64,000 bases of DNA from Candidatus Uhrbacteria bacterium (lineage in GTDB: Bacteria; Patescibacteriota; Patescibacteriia; UBA9934): the NCBI GenBank assembly GCA_018673485.1, contig JABHCP010000002.1:1502-65501 (forward strand), written 5' to 3'. The notes beneath the pieces were generated by a model, which was not told where the DNA came from, made no database searches, and saw only the letters and a program-made list of their open reading frames with translations. Positions 46,341 to 55,917 of the stretch are shown piece after piece; the first letter of the stretch is position 1; every line of letters begins with the position of its first letter. A program made the position numbers and the translations under genes.

Positions 46341-49220
46341 GTGAAAAACGAAGATAAATTGACTATTCGCGGTGCGCGAGTGCACAACCTTAAGAATATC
46401 GATTGTGATATTCCTAAAAATCAGTTGGTCGTAATTACCGGACTCTCAGGTTCAGGAAAATCATCATTGGCATTTGATACCATCTATGCCGAGGGACAGC
46501 GAAGATATATGGAGTCGCTCTCAAGCTATGCCAAGCAATTTTTAGAACTGCAAGACAAGCCAGACGTTGATGAGATTACGGGTCTTTCCCCAACGATTGC
46601 TATTGATCAGAAATCATCTTCACATAATCCGCGCTCAACAGTTGGAACAGTCACGGAGATTTATGACTATCTGCGTGTTTTATTTTCTCGTGTTGCAAAA
46701 CCACATCACCCTGACACTGGAAAGTTGATCGAGCAAAAGACATTGGAGGACATCGCAGCTCAAGTAATGAAGGCTGTTAAGGGAGGGGAAGTGATGTTGT
46801 TTGTTCCTATGGTTGAGAATCAGAAGGGAGAGCATAGTCAGGTTTTAATCGCTGCCAAGAATGCTGGCTTTGAAGAGGTTCGTTATGACGGACTAATGAT
46901 TGATTTGGATGAAGCGATTGGAATGCGTAAACAAAAAACAAAAGCACACACAATTGAGATTTTAGCGCACAGATTTGAAGATAATGAAGACGTTCCTATC
47001 GAGCGAATGCGCGTTATTTTAGAAAAGGCATTAGACCTTGGAAATGATCGTTTGATGATGTACCGCGATGACACTGGAGACGAAGAAGAGTTGGTACGAG
47101 GATATCATCTGCCAGGTGGAATGCAGATTCCTCAACTTGAACCGCGACTATTTTCATTTAACTCACCAGCTGGAGCTTGTCCTGAGTGTACTGGTCTGGG
47201 AGTGAAGTTGGTTTTGGAGCCTGATCTAGTGGTCCCAAATAAGCGTTTAACTTTAGCGCAAGGCGCAGTGAAGCCTTGGAGTAGAATTGCAGGAAACCAA
47301 AGCGGGTACATGGAAGTACTTAAGACCGTAGCAAAACGACAAAAGTTTAACATGCACGACCCGCTGGAAAAGCTTGCTAAGAAAAAGCTGGACATCGTGC
47401 TCTTTGGAACAGGAGACGATGAGTACGAAGTAGGAGGAAGCACTATCACGTTCCCTGGTGTTTTGGGGATGTTGGAGGCTAAGTATCGCGAAACTTCTAG
47501 CGAGTATGTTCGTAAGGAACTCGAGACCTACATGCGTTCAATGGTTTGCCCGGACTGTAAGGGGCAGAGACTTCGTAAAGAGGTTCTATTGTTTACTATT
47601 AATGGACAATCAATTGCAGATGTTGTTTCGCGACCTATCGAGGACGTGCCAGGGTTCTTTGACGACGTTTTAAGCGAAGCAGCAAAGTTGAATGGAGATG
47701 ACGGCATGTCTGGCGCGTACACCTTAGTGGTTGAGCGAGTCGCAAAAGAAGTTAGAGAGCGTGTGCAACACTTAATTGATGTTGGGCTTGGTTATCTAAC
47801 ACTCGATAGAAGTGCGATGACACTCTCTGGTGGTGAGTCGCAACGAGTTCGTTTGGCAACTCAGTTAGGGGCTGCACTTTCTGGAGTCATTTATGTGTTG
47901 GACGAGCCTTCAATCGGATTGCATCCGCGTGATAATGAACATCTCATTGAAACAATTAAACATTTGCGTGATCTTGGAAACACAGTGATCGTAGTTGAGC
48001 ATGACGAGGATATGATCAAGGCGGCTGACTATGTGTTTGATGTGGGGCCTGGTGCTGGAGCGTACGGCGGACAGATTGTGGCAGAGGGAACACCGGCGCA
48101 GATCATGAAAAATAAGGACTCGCTTACCGGAGACTACATGATGGGTCGAAAGACTCTAAAGGCTCCTAAGCAATACAGAAAGGGAAATAATAAAAATATT
48201 TCAATCGTTGGTGCCAACCAGCACAACTTGATAAATGTAAACGCAAGCATTCCGCTTGGAAGATTGGTGTGTGTTACAGGAGTTTCGGGGTCAGGAAAGT
48301 CAACATTGATTTTAGACATTCTGGGTAAGACTTTGTCTAAGCATTTTTATCGTGCTAAGGCTTATCCGGGTCAGCACAAGGAGATTAAGGGAATTAAAAA
48401 TATCGATAAGGTCGTAACAGTTGACCAGTCTCCGATTGGTCGAACTCCGCGATCAAACCCAGCAACATACACTGGAGTGTTTACTGCTATCCGTGACTTG
48501 TTCACTGATGTCTCTGAGGCAAAGTTACGTGGATATGATGCTGGAAAGTTTAGTTTTAACGTTAAGGGCGGTGGACGATGTGAGCCATGCGCAGGGGACG
48601 GACAGATTCGTATCGAGATGCAGTTCATGCCTGACGTGTATGCGCCGTGCCCAGAGTGTAAGGGGCAACGCTATATTCAGGAGGTGCTTGATATTCACTA
48701 TCGCCAGAAGAACATTGCAGACGTTTTGGATATGACTGTGGATGAAGCACGACGATTCTTTGCAGACCGCTCAAACATTTACGAAAAGTTGAATGTACTT
48801 CACGAAGTTGGGCTTGGATATTTAAAGCTCGGTCAGCCAGCTACAACACTTTCAGGTGGTGAGGCCCAGCGCGTTAAACTCTCAACAGAATTGTCACGAC
48901 GAGCAACTGGTAAAACACTTTACATTCTTGACGAGCCAACAACGGGGCTCCACTTTGACGACATTGAACGCTTGCTCGGAGTGTTGCATGCACTCGTTGA
49001 CAAGGGAAACACAGTTCTCGTAATTGAACACAACACTGATGTGATGAAGTCATCAGACTGGATTGTAGACATGGGACCTGATGGTGGAATAAAAGGTGGA
49101 AAAATTGTGGGAGAAGGAACACCAAAGGAAGTCGCCAAACTCAAGACTCATACCGGAAAGTATCTTAAAGAGGCATTTAAGAAAAAAGGTGTGGTAAGTA
49201 CGAAAAAGAAGAAGAAATAA
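46341..49220 (+). CDS. uvrA: Excinuclease ABC subunit A
   Basis: GARVHNLKNI, GLSGSGKSS, LSGGE twice, Zn fingers; GTG start chosen because TTGCCA-17-TATTGT at 46248 looks like the promoter. Confidence 0.97.
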   Translation: MKNEDKLTIRGARVHNLKNIDCDIPKNQLVVITGLSGSGKSSLAFDTIYAEGQRRYMESLSSYAKQFLELQDKPDVDEITGLSPTIAIDQKSSSHNPRSTVGTVTEIYDYLRVLFSRVAKPHHPDTGKLIEQKTLEDIAAQVMKAVKGGEVMLFVPMVENQKGEHSQVLIAAKNAGFEEVRYDGLMIDLDEAIGMRKQKTKAHTIEILAHRFEDNEDVPIERMRVILEKALDLGNDRLMMYRDDTGDEEELVRGYHLPGGMQIPQLEPRLFSFNSPAGACPECTGLGVKLVLEPDLVVPNKRLTLAQGAVKPWSRIAGNQSGYMEVLKTVAKRQKFNMHDPLEKLAKKKLDIVLFGTGDDEYEVGGSTITFPGVLGMLEAKYRETSSEYVRKELETYMRSMVCPDCKGQRLRKEVLLFTINGQSIADVVSRPIEDVPGFFDDVLSEAAKLNGDDGMSGAYTLVVERVAKEVRERVQHLIDVGLGYLTLDRSAMTLSGGESQRVRLATQLGAALSGVIYVLDEPSIGLHPRDNEHLIETIKHLRDLGNTVIVVEHDEDMIKAADYVFDVGPGAGAYGGQIVAEGTPAQIMKNKDSLTGDYMMGRKTLKAPKQYRKGNNKNISIVGANQHNLINVNASIPLGRLVCVTGVSGSGKSTLILDILGKTLSKHFYRAKAYPGQHKEIKGIKNIDKVVTVDQSPIGRTPRSNPATYTGVFTAIRDLFTDVSEAKLRGYDAGKFSFNVKGGGRCEPCAGDGQIRIEMQFMPDVYAPCPECKGQRYIQEVLDIHYRQKNIADVLDMTVDEARRFFADRSNIYEKLNVLHEVGLGYLKLGQPATTLSGGEAQRVKLSTELSRRATGKTLYILDEPTTGLHFDDIERLLGVLHALVDKGNTVLVIEHNTDVMKSSDWIVDMGPDGGIKGGKIVGEGTPKEVAKLKTHTGKYLKEAFKKKGVVSTKKKKK

Positions 49221-49273
49221 AACATTCAAAAGGATCTACCACAGGTAGGTCCTTTTTGGTAAACTGTTTTCAT

Positions 49274-50074
49274 ATGAATGAATTTGAACAAGGACGACCG
49301 CCTCAAGACTTAATTGAGGTACAACCTGAGAATGAGAGCGTTAGAGAAAGACGTGATCTAATTTTTCAAATGTACGCCGATAAGTATACAAGGAAGCAGA
49401 CAGCAGACTTATTGCATATTGAGGTAGACGGAGAGCGTATTGATCAGAAGTTAAGTGCTAGTTCTGGAACGATCGTTGAGCGCGAGGTGGAAGATGGAAA
49501 GATAGGAATAGTAGAAACAGATACTGGAGCTATTTTAGATAGTGCTGGCGAGCTTCTTACAAATCGTGTTTCTGGATGTATGGTTGCTTTTGGAAAAGGG
49601 AAGTCACATGACGGAGAAGATAGAGTTGTTATGATTCATCTAACCCCAAATAGCAGATTGGGATGGGGTAATTATAGGCAGCAGGGATATGATGAGAGAT
49701 GGGGTGAGGATACGCGAGAAACAGCTGCAGAAAAAATTCATAATGCACTGCAAGAAGCTTCAGTTGATTTAAAGGGTATGGAAATTACTCTATTGCGAAC
49801 AACCGGCGCCAAAACAGCACATTACTATTACGGATTTAGCGAAGATAATATCGCAAAAAGAGTTACCGAATTCAAACAAGCCCTTGAACAGAAGGGTGTA
49901 AATGTTTTTGCGGATCACAGCATACCGATGGCTGAGATGTCTGTTTATTGGAACCCCGATGCACCTGAAGATTTGTACATTGTGGGCGAGCGCAAGATTC
50001 CAGATGGAGATGGCGTCAGAATGGCTGAGGGTGAAGAGAGGGGTATTGCTGAGCAGGTTATAAAATTAAATTAA
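49274..50074 (+). CDS. Hypothetical protein, possible CheD/CNF1-like Cys-His deamidase fold
   Basis: LTNRVSGCMVAF followed by VVMIHL. Confidence 0.55.
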   Translation: MNEFEQGRPPQDLIEVQPENESVRERRDLIFQMYADKYTRKQTADLLHIEVDGERIDQKLSASSGTIVEREVEDGKIGIVETDTGAILDSAGELLTNRVSGCMVAFGKGKSHDGEDRVVMIHLTPNSRLGWGNYRQQGYDERWGEDTRETAAEKIHNALQEASVDLKGMEITLLRTTGAKTAHYYYGFSEDNIAKRVTEFKQALEQKGVNVFADHSIPMAEMSVYWNPDAPEDLYIVGERKIPDGDGVRMAEGEERGIAEQVIKLN

Positions 50075-50077
50075 TAT

Positions 50078-50644
50078 ATGAAAAAAGTATATTTATTGCA
50101 TGGTTGGGATGGGATTCCGATGGCTGGTATTAGGCCTTGGCTTAAGCAGCAGCTCGAAGCACAGGGGTGTCATGTGTTTATTCCAGAGCTTCCCGATTCG
50201 GGTGAGCCTAGGCCAGAAAAGTGGATGTCAGTTATTAAAGATTTAATTAGTGAGCCGGATGAGGATGTGGTTCTTGTCGGGCATAGTATGGGTGGGCAAG
50301 CAGCGCTTCGATATGTCGAGGGTCTTGGTGAAGGTCAGAAGATTGGCAAGCTTGCATTGATTGCACCAGTTATCGATAAGATCACTGGGCTTGAAGAGCC
50401 TGATGAGATCGAGATTGCTGATTCGTGGTTACAGAAACCGATGAATTGGCGAAAGATTAAAGATTCTGCGAATGAGATCGTGGGAATATTTTCTGACAAT
50501 GATCCATGGATTCCATTAAGTAGTTCAGACTTACTTAAAGAAAAGGTCGGCGCTGATATTATTATCGAGCATGAAAAGGAACATTGGGGTGACGATGAAG
50601 ATATAAAAGAATCGCAAGCTATCCTTGATGCGATTATTAAATAG
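50078..50644 (+). CDS. Alpha/beta hydrolase, RBBP9/YdeN family
   Basis: LLHGW, GHSMG, SDNDP, C-terminal His. Confidence 0.9.
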   Translation: MKKVYLLHGWDGIPMAGIRPWLKQQLEAQGCHVFIPELPDSGEPRPEKWMSVIKDLISEPDEDVVLVGHSMGGQAALRYVEGLGEGQKIGKLALIAPVIDKITGLEEPDEIEIADSWLQKPMNWRKIKDSANEIVGIFSDNDPWIPLSSSDLLKEKVGADIIIEHEKEHWGDDEDIKESQAILDAIIK

Positions 50645-50762
50645 TTAAAAACAAAAGAACCGCCACCACCTGTCACCATCCCGACGTAAGGAGGGATCTT
50701 CTTGAGAAGATTTCTCGCTACGCTCGAAATGGTTAGGGTGGGTAAGGGCGGTTCTTTTAAAA

Positions 50763-51311
50763 TTACTTTTGATCAGTTTTGATCTCCTTAAGCTTTCGCT
50801 TGAAGCGACCTCGTAGGTAGCTAAGCTTTGCTCGTCGTATTCGGTACTGTTTCTTTACTTCAATCTTCACAATGTTTGGAGATGAAAGTGGGAAAATCTT
50901 TTCTACCATGAATCCCTTTGAGTCCTTACGAACAGTCATTGTTCGCGCAACTCCTTTACTTTTCATTCCCATCACTATTCCTTCAAATGCCTGTACTCGT
51001 TCGCGCTTTTCTCCTTTTGGAGAAACGTCAACGATTCGCTCGTGAACTCGGATTAGCATTCCAGGTTTAATGTCGCGGTTTGGAAGCTCTACCATTTTTA
51101 CCTCTTCCTCAGCTGAGGCTTGAAGTTCTTCTTGAAGGACATCGGTCTCAGGCTTTTTCTCATCTGCCTTAGGTGCTTCTGCTGGAGCCTCGGTCGATTC
51201 AGGTGTTTCGGTAACTTCTTTAGATCCCTCGGCTTCGCTCGGGATGACGGCTTCTGGAATACTGTTATCCGCGACCGTCACCTTTTCAGTTGTCTTTTTA
51301 TCATCACTCAT
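50763..51311 (-). CDS. rplS: 50S ribosomal protein L19 with long acidic N-terminal extension
   Basis: RERVQAFEGIV, VEKIFPLSSP, RRAKLSYLR. Confidence 0.95.
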   Translation of the reverse strand: MSDDKKTTEKVTVADNSIPEAVIPSEAEGSKEVTETPESTEAPAEAPKADEKKPETDVLQEELQASAEEEVKMVELPNRDIKPGMLIRVHERIVDVSPKGEKRERVQAFEGIVMGMKSKGVARTMTVRKDSKGFMVEKIFPLSSPNIVKIEVKKQYRIRRAKLSYLRGRFKRKLKEIKTDQK

Positions 51312-51449
51312 ATTTTGAGTTTAATTTACTTCATCACGTCAGAGGAAGAGCGGTCCCTTCATTCACAGATGTATTAACAGGTGGAAGTGTAGTGAAATTA
51401 GCGATATTTGTCAATACAAAAACTCCGAATTTCTCGGAGTTTTCTATTT

Positions 51450-52037
51450 TTAAACGTTTTTTGCTATTTTAATGACTGTTTTTTGATATACCTCATCTAA
51501 ATCAAGGTTGGACGTGTCGACTACTATGTCGAAATTTGCATGATCGTAGGCATCGATTCCGTAGTAGTTTTGGTAGCGTTTAATCTCTGATGCTTTACGT
51601 TCTTCGTTGGCGACGCGCAGTGCTTCTTTGGTTCCGTATTGATCGCGCTTGTCACTTCGGTCTGTCCAGATGCGATCGGTTGCAACATTTGGGTCAACAG
51701 AGAGGAAGATTTTAACTGTTGGGTTTTCAACAAAGTGCCATGCGGTGCGTCCTTCAAAGACACCTTTTTTAACTTGGGTTGATCGTTCGCGTAGCATTTC
51801 ATCAAAGTATCGATCAAGTGTATCGTCAGTTTCTTGAAGCTTGTTCAATTCATCAAGTGTGATTTTTCTCTTAGCCGCCTCCTCACGTATGAATTGACCA
51901 ATGTAGATTCGAGGAATCTCAAGCTCTTGAGCTAACCGTTTGGCAAATGTAGATTTACCAGCACCAATGTCACCGCTTACTGTAATTATCAGTCGGTCAG
52001 CGCGTTTAAGTTTTTCAATAGCTTCGTCGTAGGTCAT
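51450..52037 (-). CDS. cmk: Cytidylate kinase (archaeal-type family)
   Basis: ITVSGDIGAGKST, EGR, RYQNYYGID. Confidence 0.85.
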   Translation of the reverse strand: MTYDEAIEKLKRADRLIITVSGDIGAGKSTFAKRLAQELEIPRIYIGQFIREEAAKRKITLDELNKLQETDDTLDRYFDEMLRERSTQVKKGVFEGRTAWHFVENPTVKIFLSVDPNVATDRIWTDRSDKRDQYGTKEALRVANEERKASEIKRYQNYYGIDAYDHANFDIVVDTSNLDLDEVYQKTVIKIAKNV

Positions 52038-52119
52038 AGGGAGGAGGGTTTAAATGTTTAAGTTGTTTAAGGTGTTTATTTCGGAATAGACAATTTAAAC
52101 ATTTTCAACATTTTAAACA

Positions 52120-53031
52120 TTATAGTTTTGGTATCGACTTCAGTACTTCTTTAAGTTTTTTTGGAATTGGTGCGGTGAATGTTTTTGTCTCACCTGAAGG
52201 AAGAGTAATTGTTAGCTCTCGTGAGTGCAGGAATATCCGATCGATGTTCATCAGTTTTTGATCACGTTGTTTGTACAGAGGGTCACCAACAATCGGATGC
52301 TTGATAGCAAACATGTGCGCGCGGATTTGGTTGGTTCGCCCGGTTTCGATTTTTACGTTAAGTAGTGCGTGATGCGGGAATTGATCAACCACTTCGTAGT
52401 GCGTTATTGCAGATTTACCACCTTGCGATTCTGGTCGCGCTGCCATCTTACCGGTGGACTTAGAACGTCCGATAGTTAGTGTGATAGTGTCATACGGTTT
52501 TGGCATTGTGCCGTGAACCAACGCCGTGTATTCCTTTGTTGTTTTTCTTTCTTTGAATTGTGCTTTTAAGTGCTCAAAAGCTTTTTGTGTTTTTGCAGTG
52601 ATCAAAACACCGGACGTGAACTTGTCGAGTCTGTGCACGATCCCGGCTCGTTTTTCGTCATCACCAACTTTCTTCACCTTACGGTTTCGAGCAACTAACG
52701 CATCGCGCAAAGTTGTGTCTGTGCTGATCTCTGTTGGATGTACTAGCAGGCCAGCAGGTTTGTTTACAACTAAAACATCCTTATCTTCATATATAATATC
52801 GAGCTCGACAGTTTTCTGCTTTTTGAAGAGCTTTATCTTAGGTTTCTCGATGTGATATTCAATTTTATTCTCACGACTAACCTGTGTTTTTTTGTTGGCA
52901 GTTTTACCATCAACCAAAACTTCTCCTTTTTCTATCATCTTAGTGAGTTTCGATCGACTCAAATCAAGCATAGACGCCAAGACCTTATCCAAGCGCTCAG
53001 GTACTTCATTTGTAAGCTTTAATGTTTTCAT
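52120..53031 (-). CDS. RluA/RluD family pseudouridine synthase
   Basis: S4 domain, NKPAGL, HRLDKFTSG, TGRTNQIR, GDPLY. Confidence 0.93.
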   Translation of the reverse strand: MKTLKLTNEVPERLDKVLASMLDLSRSKLTKMIEKGEVLVDGKTANKKTQVSRENKIEYHIEKPKIKLFKKQKTVELDIIYEDKDVLVVNKPAGLLVHPTEISTDTTLRDALVARNRKVKKVGDDEKRAGIVHRLDKFTSGVLITAKTQKAFEHLKAQFKERKTTKEYTALVHGTMPKPYDTITLTIGRSKSTGKMAARPESQGGKSAITHYEVVDQFPHHALLNVKIETGRTNQIRAHMFAIKHPIVGDPLYKQRDQKLMNIDRIFLHSRELTITLPSGETKTFTAPIPKKLKEVLKSIPKL

Positions 53032-53091
53032 AACGGCAGTATCGCACGATTGACGCGCATGGGTCAATTTGATAGCATAATTTCGGAATAG

Positions 53092-53168
53092 GGGCGTATA
53101 GCTCAGCTGGTTAGAGTGTCACATTGACATTGTGAAGGTCAGAGGTTCGAGTCCTCTTACGCCCACCA
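53092..53168 (+). tRNA. tRNA-Val(GAC)
   Basis: Cloverleaf with TCACA-TTGACAT-TGTGA anticodon arm and encoded CCA. Confidence 0.96.
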
Positions 53169-53208
53169 ACAAAGCCGTAGGTTAATACCTACGGCTTTGT
53201 TATTGGTC

Positions 53209-54162
53209 TTACTTCCAAGAAATAGTTGAGAGTAATGCCTCTGCGGCTTCAAGGCCCGCTTGATCGTAAGGGAAGATGGTTACAATAATTTTACTATCGG
53301 TAAAATAGTATCCACGATCTAGTACCCCCTCATCAATACAGTATGTTGTTTCTGTGGAACATTCATCACCCTTAATAACTTCATATCCTTGGTATGTTGT
53401 ATATTCTGTAGTTACATAGTCGTCTGCGAAATTTGGTTCAGTTTCTCTGTATTTAAACCACATAAAGAAATCACCTTCTGACATATAATCAAGTGCAATA
53501 GAATAGTTTTGTACTCGTACAAGGCCCTCTTCACTTATATCTACATAAAAATCTTCTGGCACTTCAAGATTAAAGTCATTCGAGGTGATAAAAAGATTTG
53601 AGGTCATGCTATTACCAACAAGCGTAAATATATCCAGTTCTTCTGTTTCGGTATCTTGAGCATCCTCAGGATCTACGACGTTCATCGTGTACTCTTTAAT
53701 GCTTGTCCCCCCCTCATCACTTAAAATAACCTCATAGGTAATAGTTTCATCGTCGATCCAAGCTACTTCACCTAGTGTTCTGTGTTCCCAGGCGCCACCG
53801 ATCATAAAGAAGTTGTCTGTCAGGTGGTCAAGATCATGTAGGACATAAAAAGCTCGTGGCGCCACAAAGCTACCTGGCTCATAATCTTCTCCTGACTGGT
53901 CTTCTCCAAAGACAACAATCGTCTTTCCATCAGATGGGTTGTCTACAATGTCAGTAATCATCCATGGGTATTCCACAATCGTGCCCCCATAATTAACAAT
54001 ATAGGCCGTGTTAAGATCGTGCGCCGCAAGGATGTCTGTCAATGTTTCCTCTACCGATGTAGCTGTTGAAGTGACAGTTTCAGTATCTTGATGTTCAACT
54101 GTGCTTACGCAACCAGCACCTACTGTTATTAAAACAGCGAGTAAAAATAGAATTTTCTTCAT
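53209..54162 (-). CDS. Hypothetical lipoprotein-like protein
   Basis: MKK + hydrophobic stretch + GAGC lipobox-like motif. Confidence 0.75.
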   Translation of the reverse strand: MKKILFLLAVLITVGAGCVSTVEHQDTETVTSTATSVEETLTDILAAHDLNTAYIVNYGGTIVEYPWMITDIVDNPSDGKTIVVFGEDQSGEDYEPGSFVAPRAFYVLHDLDHLTDNFFMIGGAWEHRTLGEVAWIDDETITYEVILSDEGGTSIKEYTMNVVDPEDAQDTETEELDIFTLVGNSMTSNLFITSNDFNLEVPEDFYVDISEEGLVRVQNYSIALDYMSEGDFFMWFKYRETEPNFADDYVTTEYTTYQGYEVIKGDECSTETTYCIDEGVLDRGYYFTDSKIIVTIFPYDQAGLEAAEALLSTISWK

Positions 54163-54264
54163 AAATAAAGTTGTAAGATTTTATGACCTGAGATTAGCCT
54201 ATTTTTTATGCTTTGTCAAGCCATCGCTATAAACAAAAACCGCAGAGTTAATCTGCGATTTTTG

Positions 54265-54341
54265 TGGTGGGTCTGGCTGGACTCGAACCAGCGACCACGG
54301 AGGTATAAGCTCCGCGCTCTAACCAACTGAGCTACAGACCC
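54265..54341 (-). tRNA. tRNA-Ile(TAT)
   Basis: GGGTCTGTAGCTCAGTTGGTTAGAGC, CGGAG-CTTATAC-CTCCG anticodon arm, A73-CCA. Confidence 0.93.
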
Positions 54342-54468
54342 GTATCATTTTTGTCTGTAGCGAAGTTGGTCGGGAACCAACTGCCTGCCCGCCGAAGCTC
54401 GAAGAGCGAAGGCGGGAGCTACAGACCCATTTTATCAGCCAATAATTTACCGCGAAAATCAGCTCTTG

Positions 54469-54906
54469 TCAATGCACGTGGAACTCGTTTATTTTTCCGA
54501 TCGCTTCTGGTTTGCTTTCATCAAGCTTTTCGTCTACCCATGATTGATTACGGGCGCGCGATAGGAATAGGAGTATGGAGCCGAGTGCGAGCAAGCCTAC
54601 AAACCATATCACTCCCATCACAATAATCGAGAGCATTCCGCAGGCCATGACAGATGCGAGTTGCTCAAATATATCGTTAGCTTGTACTAGGCATGATTGT
54701 ATTTCATTGCGTCCGAATACGTATGCGGTGTGTGAGGCGCCGTAAGCGCATCCTATTGAAGCCAATGTGAATAGGCAGCTGAATTGCGCTTTGCGTAACT
54801 TTGCCACTTTGAAAAGTGCGGCAATGGAAAAAATGATACCACCAACAATCCAGTACAGAACAAACCATACGATGCCAACTGGAATTAGTAGCATCCATTC
54901 TTGCAT
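54469..54906 (-). CDS. Hypothetical membrane protein
   Basis: Three hydrophobic segments. Confidence 0.7.
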   Translation of the reverse strand: MQEWMLLIPVGIVWFVLYWIVGGIIFSIAALFKVAKLRKAQFSCLFTLASIGCAYGASHTAYVFGRNEIQSCLVQANDIFEQLASVMACGMLSIIVMGVIWFVGLLALGSILLFLSRARNQSWVDEKLDESKPEAIGKINEFHVH

Positions 54907-54907
54907 A

Positions 54908-55072
54908 TTAAAAAGTTTCAACACTATAGATCAAGAATAAAATCATGCCAGTACCAAAAGCAGCTATAAGCATAATCCAGGCAATAGTTTTTTGATTGCT
55001 GTCGTTGTGTCTATACCCTGAGATCAGGAAGTAGACAAATAGAAATAGTAGTAGTCCTGTTACAAAAAACAT
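54908..55072 (-). CDS. Small two-TM hypothetical protein
   Basis: Two hydrophobic helices; abuts next gene; start uncertain. Confidence 0.45.
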   Translation of the reverse strand: MFFVTGLLLFLFVYFLISGYRHNDSNQKTIAWIMLIAAFGTGMILFLIYSVETF

Positions 55073-55177
55073 AAGATGCTTATCGAACTCTAGCACGTTT
55101 ATTATAAACGATCTATAAGTGGACGTCACGGAAAGCAAAAGGCCCTCCGGGGAGGGCACGATACGCGCAAGTAAGGA

Positions 55178-55768
55178 TTACCGGCGTCGTAGAGCAAGTA
55201 GGAGCACGATAAAGTCGAGTGCTGTGACGTTGATTGGGGCAACGATGTCGGTCCAGTGACCTTCCCACCGAATCCATACAACAATGATCTGCAACCCGAA
55301 TGCCATGCTCCAGATCAGCCAGGGGAGGCAGTGCTCTCTATCAGGTCTTTCCCACGTATATTTGAAGATCGGGAGGAACGACAGCAGGGTCGCGAACTGA
55401 AGGAGTATATTCGTGTAGGTTGCGTCATGCAACGCTAGCCCGGCTGTGATCGAGATCAGGCCAATCGCGATAATTCCTTGTTCAATCGGTGTGGGTTTGT
55501 TGAACTTTCCTCGCACTAGGAAAAATAGGAACGTGGCATTGCATCCGACTATTCCCACCAGTAGTGGCGCCGCTTTGAGGACATCGTCGTTCATCAGGAA
55601 GTAGGATATTCCTGATGCTGTTGCGATGCCGGCCCACATCGCCCACATGGTCGCATTTGGCTTTTTCTTCTTTTTGAGCACCAGATAATTGTATACGCCG
55701 ATACCAGTCAAGTTGAATGCCGCCGAGATGACAGCAAGGATGAAGTCAGGTGTAAGATATTCTTCCAA
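55178..55768 (-). CDS. Multi-pass membrane protein, PQ-loop-like (cassette cargo)
   Basis: KPNATMW and PDREHCLPW repeat halves; GGGAG SD with TTG start; 3' hairpin plus TTTTGCTTTC. Confidence 0.7.
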   Translation of the reverse strand: MEEYLTPDFILAVISAAFNLTGIGVYNYLVLKKKKKPNATMWAMWAGIATASGISYFLMNDDVLKAAPLLVGIVGCNATFLFFLVRGKFNKPTPIEQGIIAIGLISITAGLALHDATYTNILLQFATLLSFLPIFKYTWERPDREHCLPWLIWSMAFGLQIIVVWIRWEGHWTDIVAPINVTALDFIVLLLALRRR

Positions 55769-55917
55769 GGCGTCTCCCGTTGCATGGTATTAAAAGGGGC
55801 TCGTGGTGCTAGTTTTAACCATTTGTCATCATGCTGTCAATCAGATAATCAAAAAACCGCCTTTCGTGCGATTGGCGGTTTTAGGTTGTTTCATGTTTTG
55901 TAGTAGAATGTAGCAGT

